This document shows, one piece after another, positions 11,916-25,021 of a DNA stretch of 61,253 nt. The stretch's first letter is position 1. Every line of letters starts with the position of its first letter. Made by a program: the position numbers and the translations under genes. The notes below the pieces were generated by a model. The model was not told the origin of the DNA. It ran no database searches and was given only the letters and a program-made list of their open reading frames with translations. Source of the DNA: Octopus bimaculoides (lineage: Eukaryota); the NCBI RefSeq assembly GCF_001194135.2, contig NC_068987.1:63378092-63439344 (forward strand), written 5' to 3'.

Positions 11916-12523
11916 GAACGGTTAGAAGTAATTCAAACAGTGAAATAAGCTTACGCGTGAGAAAAATGAAGAATCTAAGGAAACGTTTCGGGAAACTCAC
12001 TTTGTCAAACAGATAAAGAAATATCAAGTAGAGTTGTTGTAAATATAAATTGAATTAAAGAAATGGGGGAAGAGGGGAGGAAGAAGACGTTAGGAAAGGG
12101 GGTGTAAATCGTATGGAGATATGGAGAGGGAAACGATACCAGATTTGCGACATGTTAAGGAAATATGTGCATATATATGTATGCATGTATATACATATAT
12201 CCGTGTGCATTTGTGTGTGTGTGTGTGTGCGCGCGCATGTATGCATTTAACATATTTGTCTAAATTAGTGGTATTTAGGTTTACTTCATTTGTTGTTGCA
12301 TTCGTGGTTATTCGTTATATAACAACAGTTTTACGCCCCCTTTCCTAACGTCTTCTTCCTCCCCTCTTCCCCCATTTCTTTAATTCAATTTATATTTACA
12401 ACAACTCTACTTGATATTTCTTTATCTGTTTGACAAAGTGAGTTTCCCGAAACGTTTTCCTTAGATTCTTCATTTTTCTCACGCGTAAGCTTATTTCACT
12501 GTTTGAATTACTTCTAACCGTTC
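11916..12523. repeat. Near-perfect long inverted repeat: 193-bp arms (11916-12108, 12330-12523) with 221-bp spacer
   Basis: Arms differ only by a 1-bp indel (GGAAACG/GGAAAACG) and one T/C substitution in a by-eye comparison. Confidence 0.92.
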
Positions 12524-13105
12524 TGTTCATACGAATAATTTTGTACCGTTGTGTGTGTGTGTGTGTGTGTGTNNNNNNNNNNNNNNNNNNNNNNNNNNNN
12601 NNNNNNNNNNNNNNNNNNNNNNNNNNNNNNNNNNNNNNNNNNNNNNNNNNNNNNNNNNNNNNNNNNNNNNNNNNNNNNNNNNNNNNNNNNNNNNNNNNNN
12701 NNNNNNNNNNNNNNNNNNNNNNNNNNNNNNNNNNNNNNNNNNNNNNNNNNNNNNNNNNNNNNNNNNNNNNNNNNNNNNNNNNNNNNNNNNNNNNNNNNNN
12801 NNNNNNNNNNNNNNNNNNNNNNNNNNNNNNNNNNNNNNNNNNNNNNNNNNNNNNNNNNNNNNNNNNNNNNNNNNNNNNNNNNNNNNNNNNNNNNNNNNNN
12901 NNNNNNNNNNNNNNNNNNNNNNNNNNNNNNNNNNNNNNNNNNNNNNNNNNNNNNNNNNNNNNNNNNNNNNNNNNNNNNNNNNNNNNNNNNNNNNNNNNNN
13001 NNNNNNNNNNNNNNNNNNNNNNNNNNNNNNNNNNNNNNNNNNNNNNNNNNNNNNNNNNNNNNNNNNNNNNNNNNNNNNNNNNNNNNNNNNNNNNNNNNNN
13101 NNNNN

Positions 13106-13162
<57 letters not shown>

Positions 13163-13347
13163 CAAGAGAGAAAGAGAAAGAGAGAGAAAGGGAGAAAGAG
13201 ATGTGGTTGTGGGGGGGAAACGGAAGAGAGAAAATTGTGATTTAAAGTAATATCTATAAAAATTTGTATTGTCTGTGTTTATGTGACGAGACACAAAGGA
13301 TTTATGCTTTAAAAGAATGAGAAAAGATGATTTATGTTGTTCATGAA

Positions 13348-14299
13348 CTGGGTTGGCAGATAAATTCGGTCGTTCTTTTCTATTTAACTTAATTCTTTAT
13401 TTTACATCAGTAATTTTAAGAAATCAGTTCATAGTATATTCTCCTCCTTTATTCGCGACCAGCTTGTCAATGCTTTGAAGGTTGGTAAAAAGCACTAGGT
13501 CACGACTTGAAGAATTCATTCAACCACGTTTTCAGCTCCAAGTCGTTGAATGAAATGCTCCGGAAACTCTTTGAGAGTGGCCAAAATAGGTCAATCATCT
13601 GCATCAGGAGAATACGGTGGATTCAGCAGACCTTCCAAGCCAAGCTCTTGAATAGCATTTTTGGTCACATTAGCGACGTGGGGGCGAGCATGTACACTGT
13701 GACACCGGTCTGGTCGTGTGGACCTTACTCAACTAGCGAAGAAAACGGCACCAATATATCACGGGGGAATACCATCTGTTGGGCCAATTCCCTAGTGGAT
13801 TGGTGCAGATCCTTATGGGTAAGCTCGGTCAATTGATTCTCATTAAACTGAGTATGTCGGCCGGAATTTGGAGAGTCATTGAGGTCAAATTCCCCCTCCT
13901 TGACGGGTGAAAACCATTTCTGTGCAGCTTTCTTCAATAATAGAAACTCTTCTGTACACAGTACAACTGCCTCGAGTGGTTTTGGCAGCTTTAGAAATTT
14001 CATTGAAGGCAACGAGAAGCGGGTGCCGAAAATGCTATTTTTTCTTCTAATTGGCTCTCCATCGTCATGTATCTGTATAGAGGTGAATTTTCCTCAAATT
14101 AAAAAAAAACAAAAAAAAAAAACGATAAACAAAACTAGCAGTGGAAGAATAAATCTATAAATTGTCATAAAACACTACAATAACAGTATGACATTGGATA
14201 GAAACGAACCCATGCTTACTGTTGATATCAATATTCAATAAAGAAACAAAAAAGTGTAATAGCTTGAATTAAGAATCGAATGTGTTATATGTCAAAGCA
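13348..14299 (-). mobile_element. Internally deleted mariner element
   Basis: Minus strand gives MESQLEEK*HFRHPLL...AQKWFSPVKEGEFDLNDSPNSGR...TRELAQQM, then HPPYSPD and LKTWLNEFFKS...KGGEY; catalytic core missing. TIR-like CTGGGTTGGCAGATAAATTCGGTCG at 13348 with a degraded partner near 14270-14299. Confidence 0.85.
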
Positions 14300-14301
14300 C
14301 T

Positions 14302-14760
14302 GCTGCTGCTGTTCCTGTTCACCTTTCTTGTCATTCTGGGGACACCTTGCTCTCATGTATCCCCTTACTCCACACTGGTAACAGGTTGGAGATTTTCCCT
14401 CCACCACTACTCTTAATCTCACTTCCTCCGGCAGTATCACCTCCTGTGCAAGTCTTGCAAACTGACCTGGACCGCCACTTCGAGGCCCTATCCTATCAGT
14501 GTACTTCTTTCGTTCTCATTACTTTTAAAACTTTTGCTTCCTCCTCCATATTGTACATAATGACTGCCACCAGTCACACCACCTCAATCTCCGGGGGTAC
14601 TCTGCCTATCCTTACCCTGACCACTCGTTTGCCACAGTAAGTCGGCAGAAGTACCCACTCTGGTGTCCTTAGCGCCACAGTGGAGTGATTGTACACCACC
14701 TCGTTAACCCCACCCCCATATATATAAATACACTGGAATGTAAACCACCTTGTTGACATC
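14302..14760 (-). pseudogene. L1/Tx1-type ORF1 (gag-like) fragment
   Basis: PEWVLLPTYCGKRVVRVRIGRVPPEI...LRVVVEGKSPTCYQCGVRGYMRARCP: CX2CX4(H>Y)X4C knuckle at 14342-14383 preceded by an RRM-like stretch. Confidence 0.65.
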
Positions 14761-16289
14761 TCCATTTATGTATTGTACTGGGATGAACATCACCATCAGT
14801 AAGGGCAGAACAGCAATTGTCATGTTTTGCCACTAGAAGTCAGCATCACATATATACTCAGCGCTTCCGCCGTGTCCATCTTGGCAGTTACTGCTGTGAC
14901 CAACATTAGAATCAACGGTTTTAGCGAAATGGAATGAACATTGGTGAGCAATATGTCCAAATAGCCACATTGCACCGTATATGATTCAGCAGTGAAATTC
15001 GGAGTGTACAGTGTCTTCCGCAGTTATGCACTGAGAAGACTGACCTGTAGGTTGCTCCTTCTAGTTTGTTTGACAACTTGTATAACAAACGACTGTTCAG
15101 TTAGGATTGACCTGGTGTTACACTTCAGCAACATCTACATACATACAGTAGGACAACTAGATGGGGGCTACTTTGGGGTTATATTACAATGACAATAACT
15201 ACTTCTGTACTATAGTATTGCTGGATGAGGGTTCTCTCATCAGTACAATTTATGAACTGTAGGACTGTTAGGGGTGAGGAGGGGGAGGGGCAGCGCAAGA
15301 ACTACATGTGTATTATAGGACTGTTGGATGAGGGCTGATCTGGGATGACACGACAACAAGAAATTAAACCGAATGGAGTTAAAGAGGCATCCACTACATA
15401 GTCGCTAGAGATGTTAGAAATAGCAGCCAAATCTCCTTCAAATCATCATACTCAGCCGTCTTAAAAAGTGAAACGACATATTGGACAATGTGGTCCTATT
15501 AACCCCCAAAAAACGGGATGGTCACGTCTATAATTATTTTAATTAACGGTGTGCTTAATCAGGGATGATATAAAGCTAAAGAACAACCGCAACAAACTCA
15601 GCTGTATATAAGGCCAGTTTTTGTAGGGAAGATGTATTAATACATAGATTCATTGAATGAAGTTATGTGTGCAACTTCTGTCGTTAATATTCATGTTATC
15701 ACTCTCCGGGTGGATGAAAAGCGAAGTTGTTTACAGTGGGATTTGAATTCGGCGGGAAAAAGGGGTAGGGTGGGGGTAGACTAAAGACTGTAATGCACTT
15801 CGTGTGAGGTCTGACTGGATTCATCCATTTCTACCATCGAACTAATATTTCTAAACTTAATTTATTTTTCTTCAAAATACTTTATCAAAGACATCTTTTA
15901 CTGATTCTTGTGCTTTCAGTTATTCAATACGTCATTTATGAGATTTACATTTGATTAATCCTAAATAATTTCTATAATTTCTCAAAAACGTGCAATTCAT
16001 TAATCGTATGTTGCTGTTTAGCACCAAGTCACTTCTGTCTGAACAAATCTATGAATCCTACGATCAAGCATATTTCAGCCATGACTTCTCGTCTCTTTTA
16101 TTTGGGTAGGTGGGGGTGGGGGTGGGGTATTGCGAATTGATTATACCTTAACAAATATGTCAATTTTTAAAGACGTTAGAATGTAATTCGAAGAAGGTTT
16201 GGCTGTTGTTTCCTACAAGTCGAACGATTCTTGAGAAGTTCCCTCCTTGTACGTAATCTACGACGATATGGTCAACTCATGCTTTAATA

Positions 16290-16445
16290 TTTTACGTTCT
16301 GAGTTCAAATTCCCCCGAGGCTGACTTGACCTTTCATCCTTTCAGGGTCGATGAAAAATAATAAGTTGAATACTGGGGTTGATGTAATCGACTTATCCCT
16401 ACTCTGAAATTGCTGGCCTCGTGCCAAAATTTGAGACCAATATTT
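16290..16445 (+). mobile_element. Meta/MESC-like SINE
   Basis: ACGTTCTGAGTTCAAATTCCCCCGAGG...CCTTTCATCCTTTCAGGGTCGAT...GTGCCAAAATTTGAGACCAAT. Confidence 0.8.
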
Positions 16446-17224
16446 TGAGTCCACTAGATACGCGTATTCTTGTTTAAACATGAAAATTTATGGTTCAGTC
16501 TAAAGTGGAAGCGTATCGCACATGAGTTTCGAAGTAGCTCAGAGATTGGTGGTCAGGTAGAGATGAAAAAAACCCCAAAAAACTACGGTTCCCATATTAC
16601 TGCTATCCTCTGCAAGCAGCCAGATGAAGTCTAGAAGTTAATGGTTTCAGAGGGCTTCTACAAAAAAAACTACTTCTGTTTGTACCCTTTAACTAACTGA
16701 GTCACTACACAAAAGAAGGTACAGTAGAAAGCAACAACACATGAGGATACCAGGACCTTGTCAGAATACTTGGGATCAAGCAAAAAATTACCTACCGCCA
16801 ATGGTGATATTAAACTGGGCAACAAAATGGATCAACTTTCTCCAATTAGGGTTCTCCTCTCACAAACTCTGCCTGACCACACGCTCCCCCCTCTCTCTCT
16901 CTCTCACACCCTCTCTTTACACACACACACACACACATATACATGCATGCATACAGATTCCCTTCAAAACACATGATACTTTCCTGTCTCAAGTCTAAAA
17001 TACTCCAAGGCAAGAACTATGGGAAACCAATCAAATCACCTTTGAAAAATTGCTGACGTAAATTTAAACCATCTGTTCAAGAAGCTTTAACAACAACAAT
17101 AAGAATAATGAGCGTGTGTGTGTGTGTGTGTAAGTATCCAAGTATCTATGTGTGTGTGTGTGTGTGTGTGCGCGTGTGTGTAAGTATCTAAGTATCTATA
17201 TGTGTGTGTGTTTGTACCTGTATG

Positions 17225-17560
17225 TATAGGTACAGTACGGTTGAATACTTACGAAGTTCACGTCGCAGCTACGAGAACCCATGTTACCCACGTTCGATCT
17301 CACTGTGCAGTACCTAGGGCATATATAATTTTCTATAGCCTCGTGCCGACCCGTACCGTAGATGGAAACTGTGTTGAAGCGTTGGATTGTGCCTGTAATC
17401 CCAACCGAGCAGCTCTGTGACGCTCCCGTCATACAGATTCTGCCTGAGAATAACGATGAGCAGACGTGTTTGTGGAAGGCTCAGCACTTTCACACAAATA
17501 CGATGAGTAGGTATTTCAGTAGATCGAACAGCTAAATCTTCGTCGTCGAGACCGGTGGAG
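17225..17560 (+). mobile_element. Chimeric SINE: CORE-like head joined to RTE-type tail
   Basis: 5' part matches the CORE-like family (CTATAGCCTCGTGCCGACC...GTAGATGGAAACTG); 3' part ACGTGTTTGTGGAAGGCTCAGC...GATCGAACAGCT...TCGTCGTCG matches the tails at 35305 and 61130. Confidence 0.55.
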
Positions 17561-17682
17561 ATTCAACCATATATATCTACCCATCCATGTATAGAAATAC
17601 ATGGATCCCACTGATTCGCGGAAAAGCTACGCTTGCTAATTACACACATATCAAAAATTGCATCCTTGAATAGATTATGGTA

Positions 17683-17855
17683 CAAGGCCAGCAATTTTGG
17701 GGAAGGGGCTGAGTCCACTGTATCGACCTCAGTACTTGATTGGTACTTATCCCCGAAAAGATGAAAGACAGAATCTGTACTCAGAACGTGAAGACGGACG
17801 AAATGCTGCTAAGCATTTTGCCCGGCGTGCTAACGATTCTGCCAGCTCGCCGACT
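17683..17855 (-). mobile_element. Meta/MESC-like SINE
   Basis: ...GACGAAATGCTGCTAAGCATTTTGCCCGGCGTGCTAACGATTCTGCCAGCTCGCCG is the reverse complement of the head. Confidence 0.8.
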
Positions 17856-17977
17856 TATTCTTAAATAGAATACTGTTCACGTAACGCACTAAGAACCATT
17901 AGAAAAATTCACTTGATATGGAAACCTTTCAACGCTTATATTTAATACCTGCTGACTCACTGCTCTATTTTCTTATA

Positions 17978-18193
17978 CGACAGTGTGCTGAAAAGTTCCT
18001 GGCTTTAGGTAAAAGAAAATACAGGAGGATCAGTTAATTATCATTTTATTGAACATATTCCTTCCTCAGATTCACACACTTATTGCATCGATTCTTCACT
18101 TTTCTAAGCCCTGTAAAAGAACTCGGATGGTTATGTCTTTAACCAGGCCTTTCACAACATCCTTAAAGTCAGGAACTTTTCAGCAACCTCTCG
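17978..18193. mobile_element. Mariner-derived MITE, 216 bp
   Basis: TA-preceded left end CGACAGTGTGCTGAAAAGTTCCTGGCTTTA; right end reverse complement CGAGAGGTTGCTGAAAAAGTTCCTGACTTTA; interior is a transposase C-terminus on minus (about GLEK..RCNKCVNLR.EYVQ*). Confidence 0.8.
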
Positions 18194-20119
18194 CAAATCT
18201 CTTCTGTTGCTACAAAAACTACTTCTTTTCCACTATCTTATTCTGTCCCCTTTTCTTTAACCTGTTAGATGTAAGGGTATTTTCCGTTCTGTAACATTCT
18301 GTGTTGTCTTTTTACCAAAAGATGTTTCACTTTGGAATTCACTCACTGCTCATGTTTACGCTCTAGCAATGCAGATTGAATATCGGATACATTAATCTCA
18401 CCCAGCGGTCCTGTACATTAGCCAAGGTTAATCAGAAGAAATTTGGAGCCTTCAATTTTCTCCTTCCACTAATGAATAAATTATAATAAAAAAATCTGCA
18501 AAATTTTTAAAGATTTATAATAAAAGAAAATTCGTTAATGAAGAGAATGGTTTTCTTCTGGAAATGTAAGTCGTTCAACTCCAGATCGATATAGATCCAA
18601 CAGATCTATGATTAAAGGTATTTCTGCCTTCATGATCTCATATTCCGAAAAGTTTAGTGTATTTTAGGACTGCATTATTTAATATGTGTTTCTAGTTTTA
18701 AGACAGTGGGAAATGGTTTGAGAGAAATTTCATTGCTATTTCTAGCTGGAGAAGCTGCCATATACTGCATGGTTCTGTGTAATTATATAGAGTTGCGAGA
18801 GCCCTACATATCATAGAATTATAATTTTAAGTTATTTTTACTGTTATGCACTTGCTTTTTATGATGGATAATGTTGAGAAGTGTGCTAAGTAAGTAATGT
18901 ACTATTGTAGGTTCAGTAACGTAGTGGAACGTGCTGTGTGATGTATTATAACTTGTGTAATTCAGTGTAATTTGTCGTGTAATCTAGTGCTGTATGCTAT
19001 GTAGTGCGGTATGTCATATAGAGGTATGTTGCATACAGTGTAATGCAGTGCTGTACGTTGTGCAATGTAGTGCACTAACAGTTATGTAATGTAGTGAAGA
19101 CGTGTAAAAGCGTGAAGCAGAAGAAAAATGGATAAAAAAGTCTATGTGCACATTGGGTGACCTGATACTCTGTCATCATAAGATTTTCTTGAATATTTTA
19201 ATGGCATGGCTTATATAGTTTCTTAATACGGTATTTATTAGTTAATCTAGGGAAAACCCTTGAGTCTATAATATAACGTTCATTGCAGGGTGAGTTTAGT
19301 GCAATTAAAGATTAATTCATATTTTTGTAGGGTACAGAATGAACGTACCGACTAAAACGTGTTTCTGGTTGATTGTCATTCGAAGCAAGGAGAATTTCAG
19401 TAAAGTTTTGTGCACTTGATCTGTGGGGGGATTACTCGCATCTAGAATACAGAGTAGGAATGACGGGTGACCCAAGTGCGTTTAGCTGCAGCTAAATTTC
19501 AAAGAATCGTAGTGGAGGTAACGTTGACGGTGAGTAAGTTGTTATAAACTATCAGAGATTGAATTGTCGCCTCTCTGACGGAGAGATCACCATATCATAT
19601 TATATGTATATATATGTAAAATTGAAACAGTAGAATCCTAGGAAACTAGTGATGGTTTGTGTCAGCAAACAGTATGTTCAGAATTTTGTCAAAGTAAAAG
19701 AATTTTGTCAAAGTTAAGGTCATTATACGTAGGTTTACCATACATACCGTGTAATTTCAGTTTGAAGTGGTTGCTCCGGTACCCCGTCCAGTTTGCACAT
19801 TTGTTCCGACGATCTACTTTAAAATGTCACATAATGTCCCGGTTAATGGATCAAAGACTTAAATTTTAAGATGGAACCCCGACCTCAAAAAAAAACAAAA
19901 AAACTTATTGAAATCAGTATGTAGTGCTAACCCTGCTATGCACAACTCAGTTACGAACTAACGAACATACTCATGATATAGCTCAAGTCCAAGCTTCATG
20001 TTGCGCGTCTTTATCAGAGATCCAACGGGTGTGTGATGTATCTACATCGTAAGAGACCTCTCGAATCACAAATGGAATTAAAAATGACTTATTTCTGGGA
20101 TTCAGAATATCTCTTATCT

Positions 20120-20515
20120 CTTATCTTTTATATTTTATTTCTTTTAGTCATTGGATTGCAGCTATACTGGGGTACCGCCTTGAAAAGCTTAGTCGAATAA
20201 ATAGACCCCATTACACCTGTTGGTCTATTTTACCGAACCGCCAGGTCGCGTGGACGTAAAAAAGCTAACACTGGTTGTCAGGCTGAGATGGGGAACACAC
20301 ACAAACACGCACATACATACATGCACGCACACACACAACCACACACACATATTTACGATGGACTTCTTCCATTTTCCGTCTACCAAATCCACCCCCTACA
20401 CACAAGGCTTTGGTCAAGCTAGGGCTATAGTAGAAGATACTTTTCCAAGGTGCCGCAGTGTGGGACTGAACCCAAGGCCAGATGGTTGGAAAGTAAGCTT
20501 CTGAACCATACATCC
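20120..20515 (-). mobile_element. CORE-like SINE with internal (GT)n
   Basis: Head GGTTCAGAAGCTTACTTTCCAACCATCTGGCCTTGGGTTCAGTCCCACACTGCGGCACCTTGGAAAAGTATCTT on minus; family tail at 20120-20280. Confidence 0.8.
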
Positions 20516-20954
20516 GTACCTGTTTTACAATTAATAAAAGATTCTGAGTTTTCTGTCTTGCTCAATATAAAATAATGGATAGTTGCCTAAAAATACTCTA
20601 ACTTCCAAACTGTTTAACGTTTAGAATTTTATTATTCATTACAAAGTATACACATTGTATATAAAGAGAATTAGGTCAGAAATTCTTCCTACAAGGATCT
20701 ATAATAGTTATAATGATTATAATTTCAAGGTTGTCCTGGTTTGATATTTATAATTTGAAGGCTGTTTTGGTTTGAGCCTAAGAAATTATGATTAGCGTAA
20801 TTATATATAATGTAATGAGGAAAAAACCTGCTATTAATAAAGCAAATAATTAATAAAATAATTAATAAAAACATGCAATTAATAAATGACATACGGGGAG
20901 AGAATAAAAGAACAGATTAGCAATTAATATTATTTTTAGTTAGTTTGTTGCAAG

Positions 20955-21170
20955 GCGGTGAGCTGGCACAGTCGCTAGAAAGCCGGGCAAAATGCTTAGC
21001 AGCATTTCGTTCGTCTTTACGTTCTGAGTGCAAATTCTGCCGAGACCGACTTTGCCTTTCACTGAGCTCGACAAAAAGAAGCACATCCCCCAACAGTTGA
21101 TGACTGGGGTCTATGTTATCGACTTACTTGAACTTGCGGGCTTTGTGCCAAAATTTGAAAACAATGTTAT
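20955..21170 (+). mobile_element. Meta/MESC-like SINE
   Basis: AAGGCGGTGAGCTGGCACAGTCGCTAG...GACTTTGCCTTTC...TTTGTGCCAAAATTTGAAAAC. Confidence 0.8.
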
Positions 21171-21584
21171 TTTGAGTTAGTGAAATATAAATTTCAGAGG
21201 TGTATTTGCCAGGCCAGTGATTTTCATCTGGGACCGTGTGCTGAAACTAAAACGATTGCATCGTCGAAAACACACATTATCCATTCAAAATCATACAAAG
21301 ACTGTTACCTTCAATTACAGCATTTATTTATTATATCGTGCGATCTGTGACCTTGTCACTGATAAATTTGCCAAGAGGAAATAGAACAGTGAGATGTTCA
21401 GGTAACGCCCTCTGATTTTATAGTAAAATGACTTCTTCGCCGGGAACTTTATTATATTTATAAAGAACATTCAAGGGAATACAACTTTTAAAGTTAAGTT
21501 AAGGGAAGATTCTCGTGAGGAATCAAAAGGCGTTACAATCAGAAATGTGGCATAAACAGTTCTTAAAACCTAGTTTTCAACTAC

Positions 21585-21604
21585 TACTACTACTACTTTT
21601 GGTC

Positions 21605-21635
<31 letters not shown>

Positions 21636-21638
21636 ATA

Positions 21639-21669
<31 letters not shown>

Positions 21670-21830
21670 GTTAGTTTCTGGAGTGTTTGTAGTTTGTGGA
21701 AACTTTTCTCTGAAGATAAGCTCAAATAAAAAACAGATCGGGTGTGGTCATATCTAGAACTGAAAAGCAACTTTTGCGCCAATCTGCATGCCTGTGTGTG
21801 TGTGAGTGTGTGCAAGTGCCTATACAACGA

Positions 21831-21871
<41 letters not shown>

Positions 21872-21995
21872 ATATGAAGTATGTATGTATGTATATATAT
21901 ATGTATTTATGTATAAATATATATATGTATATATATATATATATATATATGTGTGTATATATTTGTATATATATGTATATATGAAGTATGTTTGC

Positions 21996-22055
<60 letters not shown>

Positions 22056-22070
22056 GTATGTATGTATATA
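21585..22070. repeat. Compound microsatellites (CTA)n,(TTA)n,(GT)n,(TA)n,(ATGT)n
   Basis: Directly visible. Confidence 0.9.
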
Positions 22071-22769
22071 GCTACCTCTAGAAAGAGAAAAGATGTTAAG
22101 TCATAAATAAGCATGTTAGTGGTATCAAAGGTGGGATACGATGTTGTAATGGGTGGAGTAGAACTATCAATATAATAATAATAACAACAATAATAACAAC
22201 AACAATGATAAAAGTAATAATAATAATAATAATAAGAAGAAGAAGAAGATGAAGAAGAGAAAGTCGAAGGGTTGTATTTAATATATTATAAAAGGGAGGA
22301 GAAATAACGAGATAAGAATACATGCGGTATGAGAGTCATATGTACGTCTGCATGTGGGTGTGAGTGGGTGTAGGAGAGGTTTAGCAAGCAGGTGACTGTA
22401 GGAATTATCGTAATTATTTCGCAATATCTAAAACAAAACCCCTTATTCTGCTTTTAGTATTGTATATAATTAGTGAAATGTGAAAAAGCAGTAAGTTTGT
22501 GATTAGAAAAAGTTTGTGTTTGCGCTAGAAGCTATAATATTTTAATTAGAAACCATCGAATTAATTATGTTATAAAGATGCGGAAAGAGACATTATTATT
22601 AAATTGAAATTCTGTTTTTATTCAAGACTGGCAGAAAGACCTCCTTCAGTGTGGCTTTTTTGCTAGTCGCTAAATATAATTTTCACATTTGATTCCCAAT
22701 TTGTGTGAGTTTTTTCTGATATGTTACGTCTAATTTTCCTTTGTATCCTATATTGGTTTAATTGTATTC

Positions 22770-23030
22770 ACTCACTCACTCGCTCACTCGCTCGCTCACT
22801 CGCTCGCTCACTCGCTCACTCACTCACTCACTCACTCACTCACTCACTCGCTCGCTCGCTCACTCACTCACTCGCTCACTCGCTCGCTCGCTCACTCACT
22901 CACTCACTCACTCACTCGCTCGCTCACTCGCTCACTCACTCACTCACTCACTCACTCACTCGNNNNNNNNNNGCTCACTCGCTCGCTCACTCGCTCACTC
23001 ACTCACTCACTCACTCACTCACTCGCTCAG
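22770..23030. repeat. (CTCA)n/(CTCG)n tetranucleotide array with a 10-N gap
   Basis: Directly visible; source of the SLTH-repeat ORFs. Confidence 0.95.
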
Positions 23031-23701
23031 GAAATGTATTTAGAATAATACCGAGCACCTCAAAACAACGTTAGAATATATGAAGAAATCGAGTATTAAG
23101 TTGACTTATTTAGCTAGGATAAGAACATTATGTTACTGCGGATAAAAATTGGTTTTGTAATTAACCCGCATAAATGAAATCTTTCAATAATAAAAGAAGT
23201 GTAAGAACCACATTTTGAAAAGAATACATTGAAATTGGAATTTAAGTATTTTATGAACAGTGTGGATTTTAATGATTGCTTTCATTGAGTAAAAGTTACA
23301 TAATCCAAATTAAGAAGCAGCTTTTATCCTTATATATATGTACAAAATTTGAATAATTAACTTATGTTGAATTTACAGTATAACATATATCTATATATAT
23401 AGAATTGATGAATTAAAATAAAAATACACCCAAGGTAATTTAGAGCTCAGTTGATAACGCATCTTTGAAATACAATATGTTAGTATTAGGCAATAAATCC
23501 AGATGGAACAAATTTGAATGCATATAAATATGGATGTTATAAAGTTAAGTCTCGCTTTCATTGAATGATTAACGGTGTAACTGGCTAAATGTGAAATGCA
23601 TTGAAAAGCGGCAACACAGAACTCAAAGTAAAAGATTTTTGAAACATACATAGTTGCTTTACTGCTGTTTATAAGTCATGCATACACACACACACATACA
23701 C

Positions 23702-23742
<41 letters not shown>

Positions 23743-25021
23743 AACGCACACACATGTGTACACATACTTATATACACGAATAGACACACACACACTTGTA
23801 TGTATATATACATATACACGCACACACATCTATATACATGCATATACATACATAAATGAATACGTATGTATATATGTATGCATGCATTTATGCATAAATA
23901 TATATATATATATANNNNNNNNNNNNNNNNNNNNNNNNNNNNNNNNNNNNNNNNNNNNNNNNNNNNNNNNNNNNNNNNNNNNNNNNNNNNNNNNNNNNNN
24001 NNNNNNNNNNNNNNNNNNNNNNNNNNNNNNNNNNNNNNNNNNNNNNNNNNNNNNNNNNNNNNNNNNNNNNNNNNNNNNNNNNNNNNNNNNNNNNNNNNNN
24101 NNNNNNNNNNNNNNNNNNNNNNNNNNNNNNNNNNNNNNNNNNNNNNNNNNNNNNNNNNNNNNNNNNNNNNNNNNNNNNNNNNNNNNNNNNNNNNNNNNNN
24201 NNNNNNNNNNNNNNNNNNNNNNNNNNNNNNNNNNNNNNNNNNNNNNNNNNNNNNNNNNNNNNNNNNNNNNNNNNNNNNNNNNNNNNNNNNNNNNNNNNNN
24301 NNNNNNNNNNNNNNNNNNNNNNNNNNNNNNNNNNNNNNNNNNNNNNNNNNNNNNNNNNNNNNNNNNNNNNNNNNNNNNNNGTGTGTGTGTGTGTGTGTGT
24401 GTGTGCCTTAGAAGTTATTATTGTGAACAATTTTGGTGTAATTTGGAATAGTGAAATTATATGAGCATGTATATCATGTATAAAGCTGAAGATATCAATT
24501 TAAAGGAAAGTGTGTGAAAGGGAACGAATTGAAATGTAGATTAGACAATGGAACATTATGCGGAAGCAAAAAAAAAATCTATATATGCATACATACATAC
24601 ATGCATACATACATACATACATACATACATACATACATACAAGGAAAAAAAGATTATAATAAAGTAGAAAGTACTTGATGTTAAAAATATGGAAACATTA
24701 AATGAAACGTGGCATATCTGAAAATATTAATAGCCTTTATAGAGTGTATTTTTCGATAAAGTGTCTGTGTGTAAACTATTTGTTATTGAGAACAGTTTGA
24801 CAAATGTTAGAACAGTGGAATTAAAGTAACGTACTCCATAAATAAACTTGAAGAAATTAAACGAGACAAGGTGAAAACGAATGTACTAGAATATAGGTTA
24901 CATAATAGATACATTGGAATAAAGGTTAGGTAGTGAATGATTATCACTGTATCGACTAGACTATTGCATGTGGTTATACACCGCTTATCACGATGCGTAT
25001 CTTTGCAGTGTTGCAACTTTC

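Noticed and set aside
19730-19935. hAT-like MITE (TAGGTTTACCATAC...GTGCTAACCCTG)
   Set aside because: TIR match is short and gapped and there is no 8-bp TSD; too weak to list.
20220-20513. ORFs such as MDFFHFPSTKST...VEDTFPRCRSVGLNP
   Set aside because: Antisense translation of the CORE-like SINE; the same applies to ORFs at 26150, 47098, 47231 and 48245.
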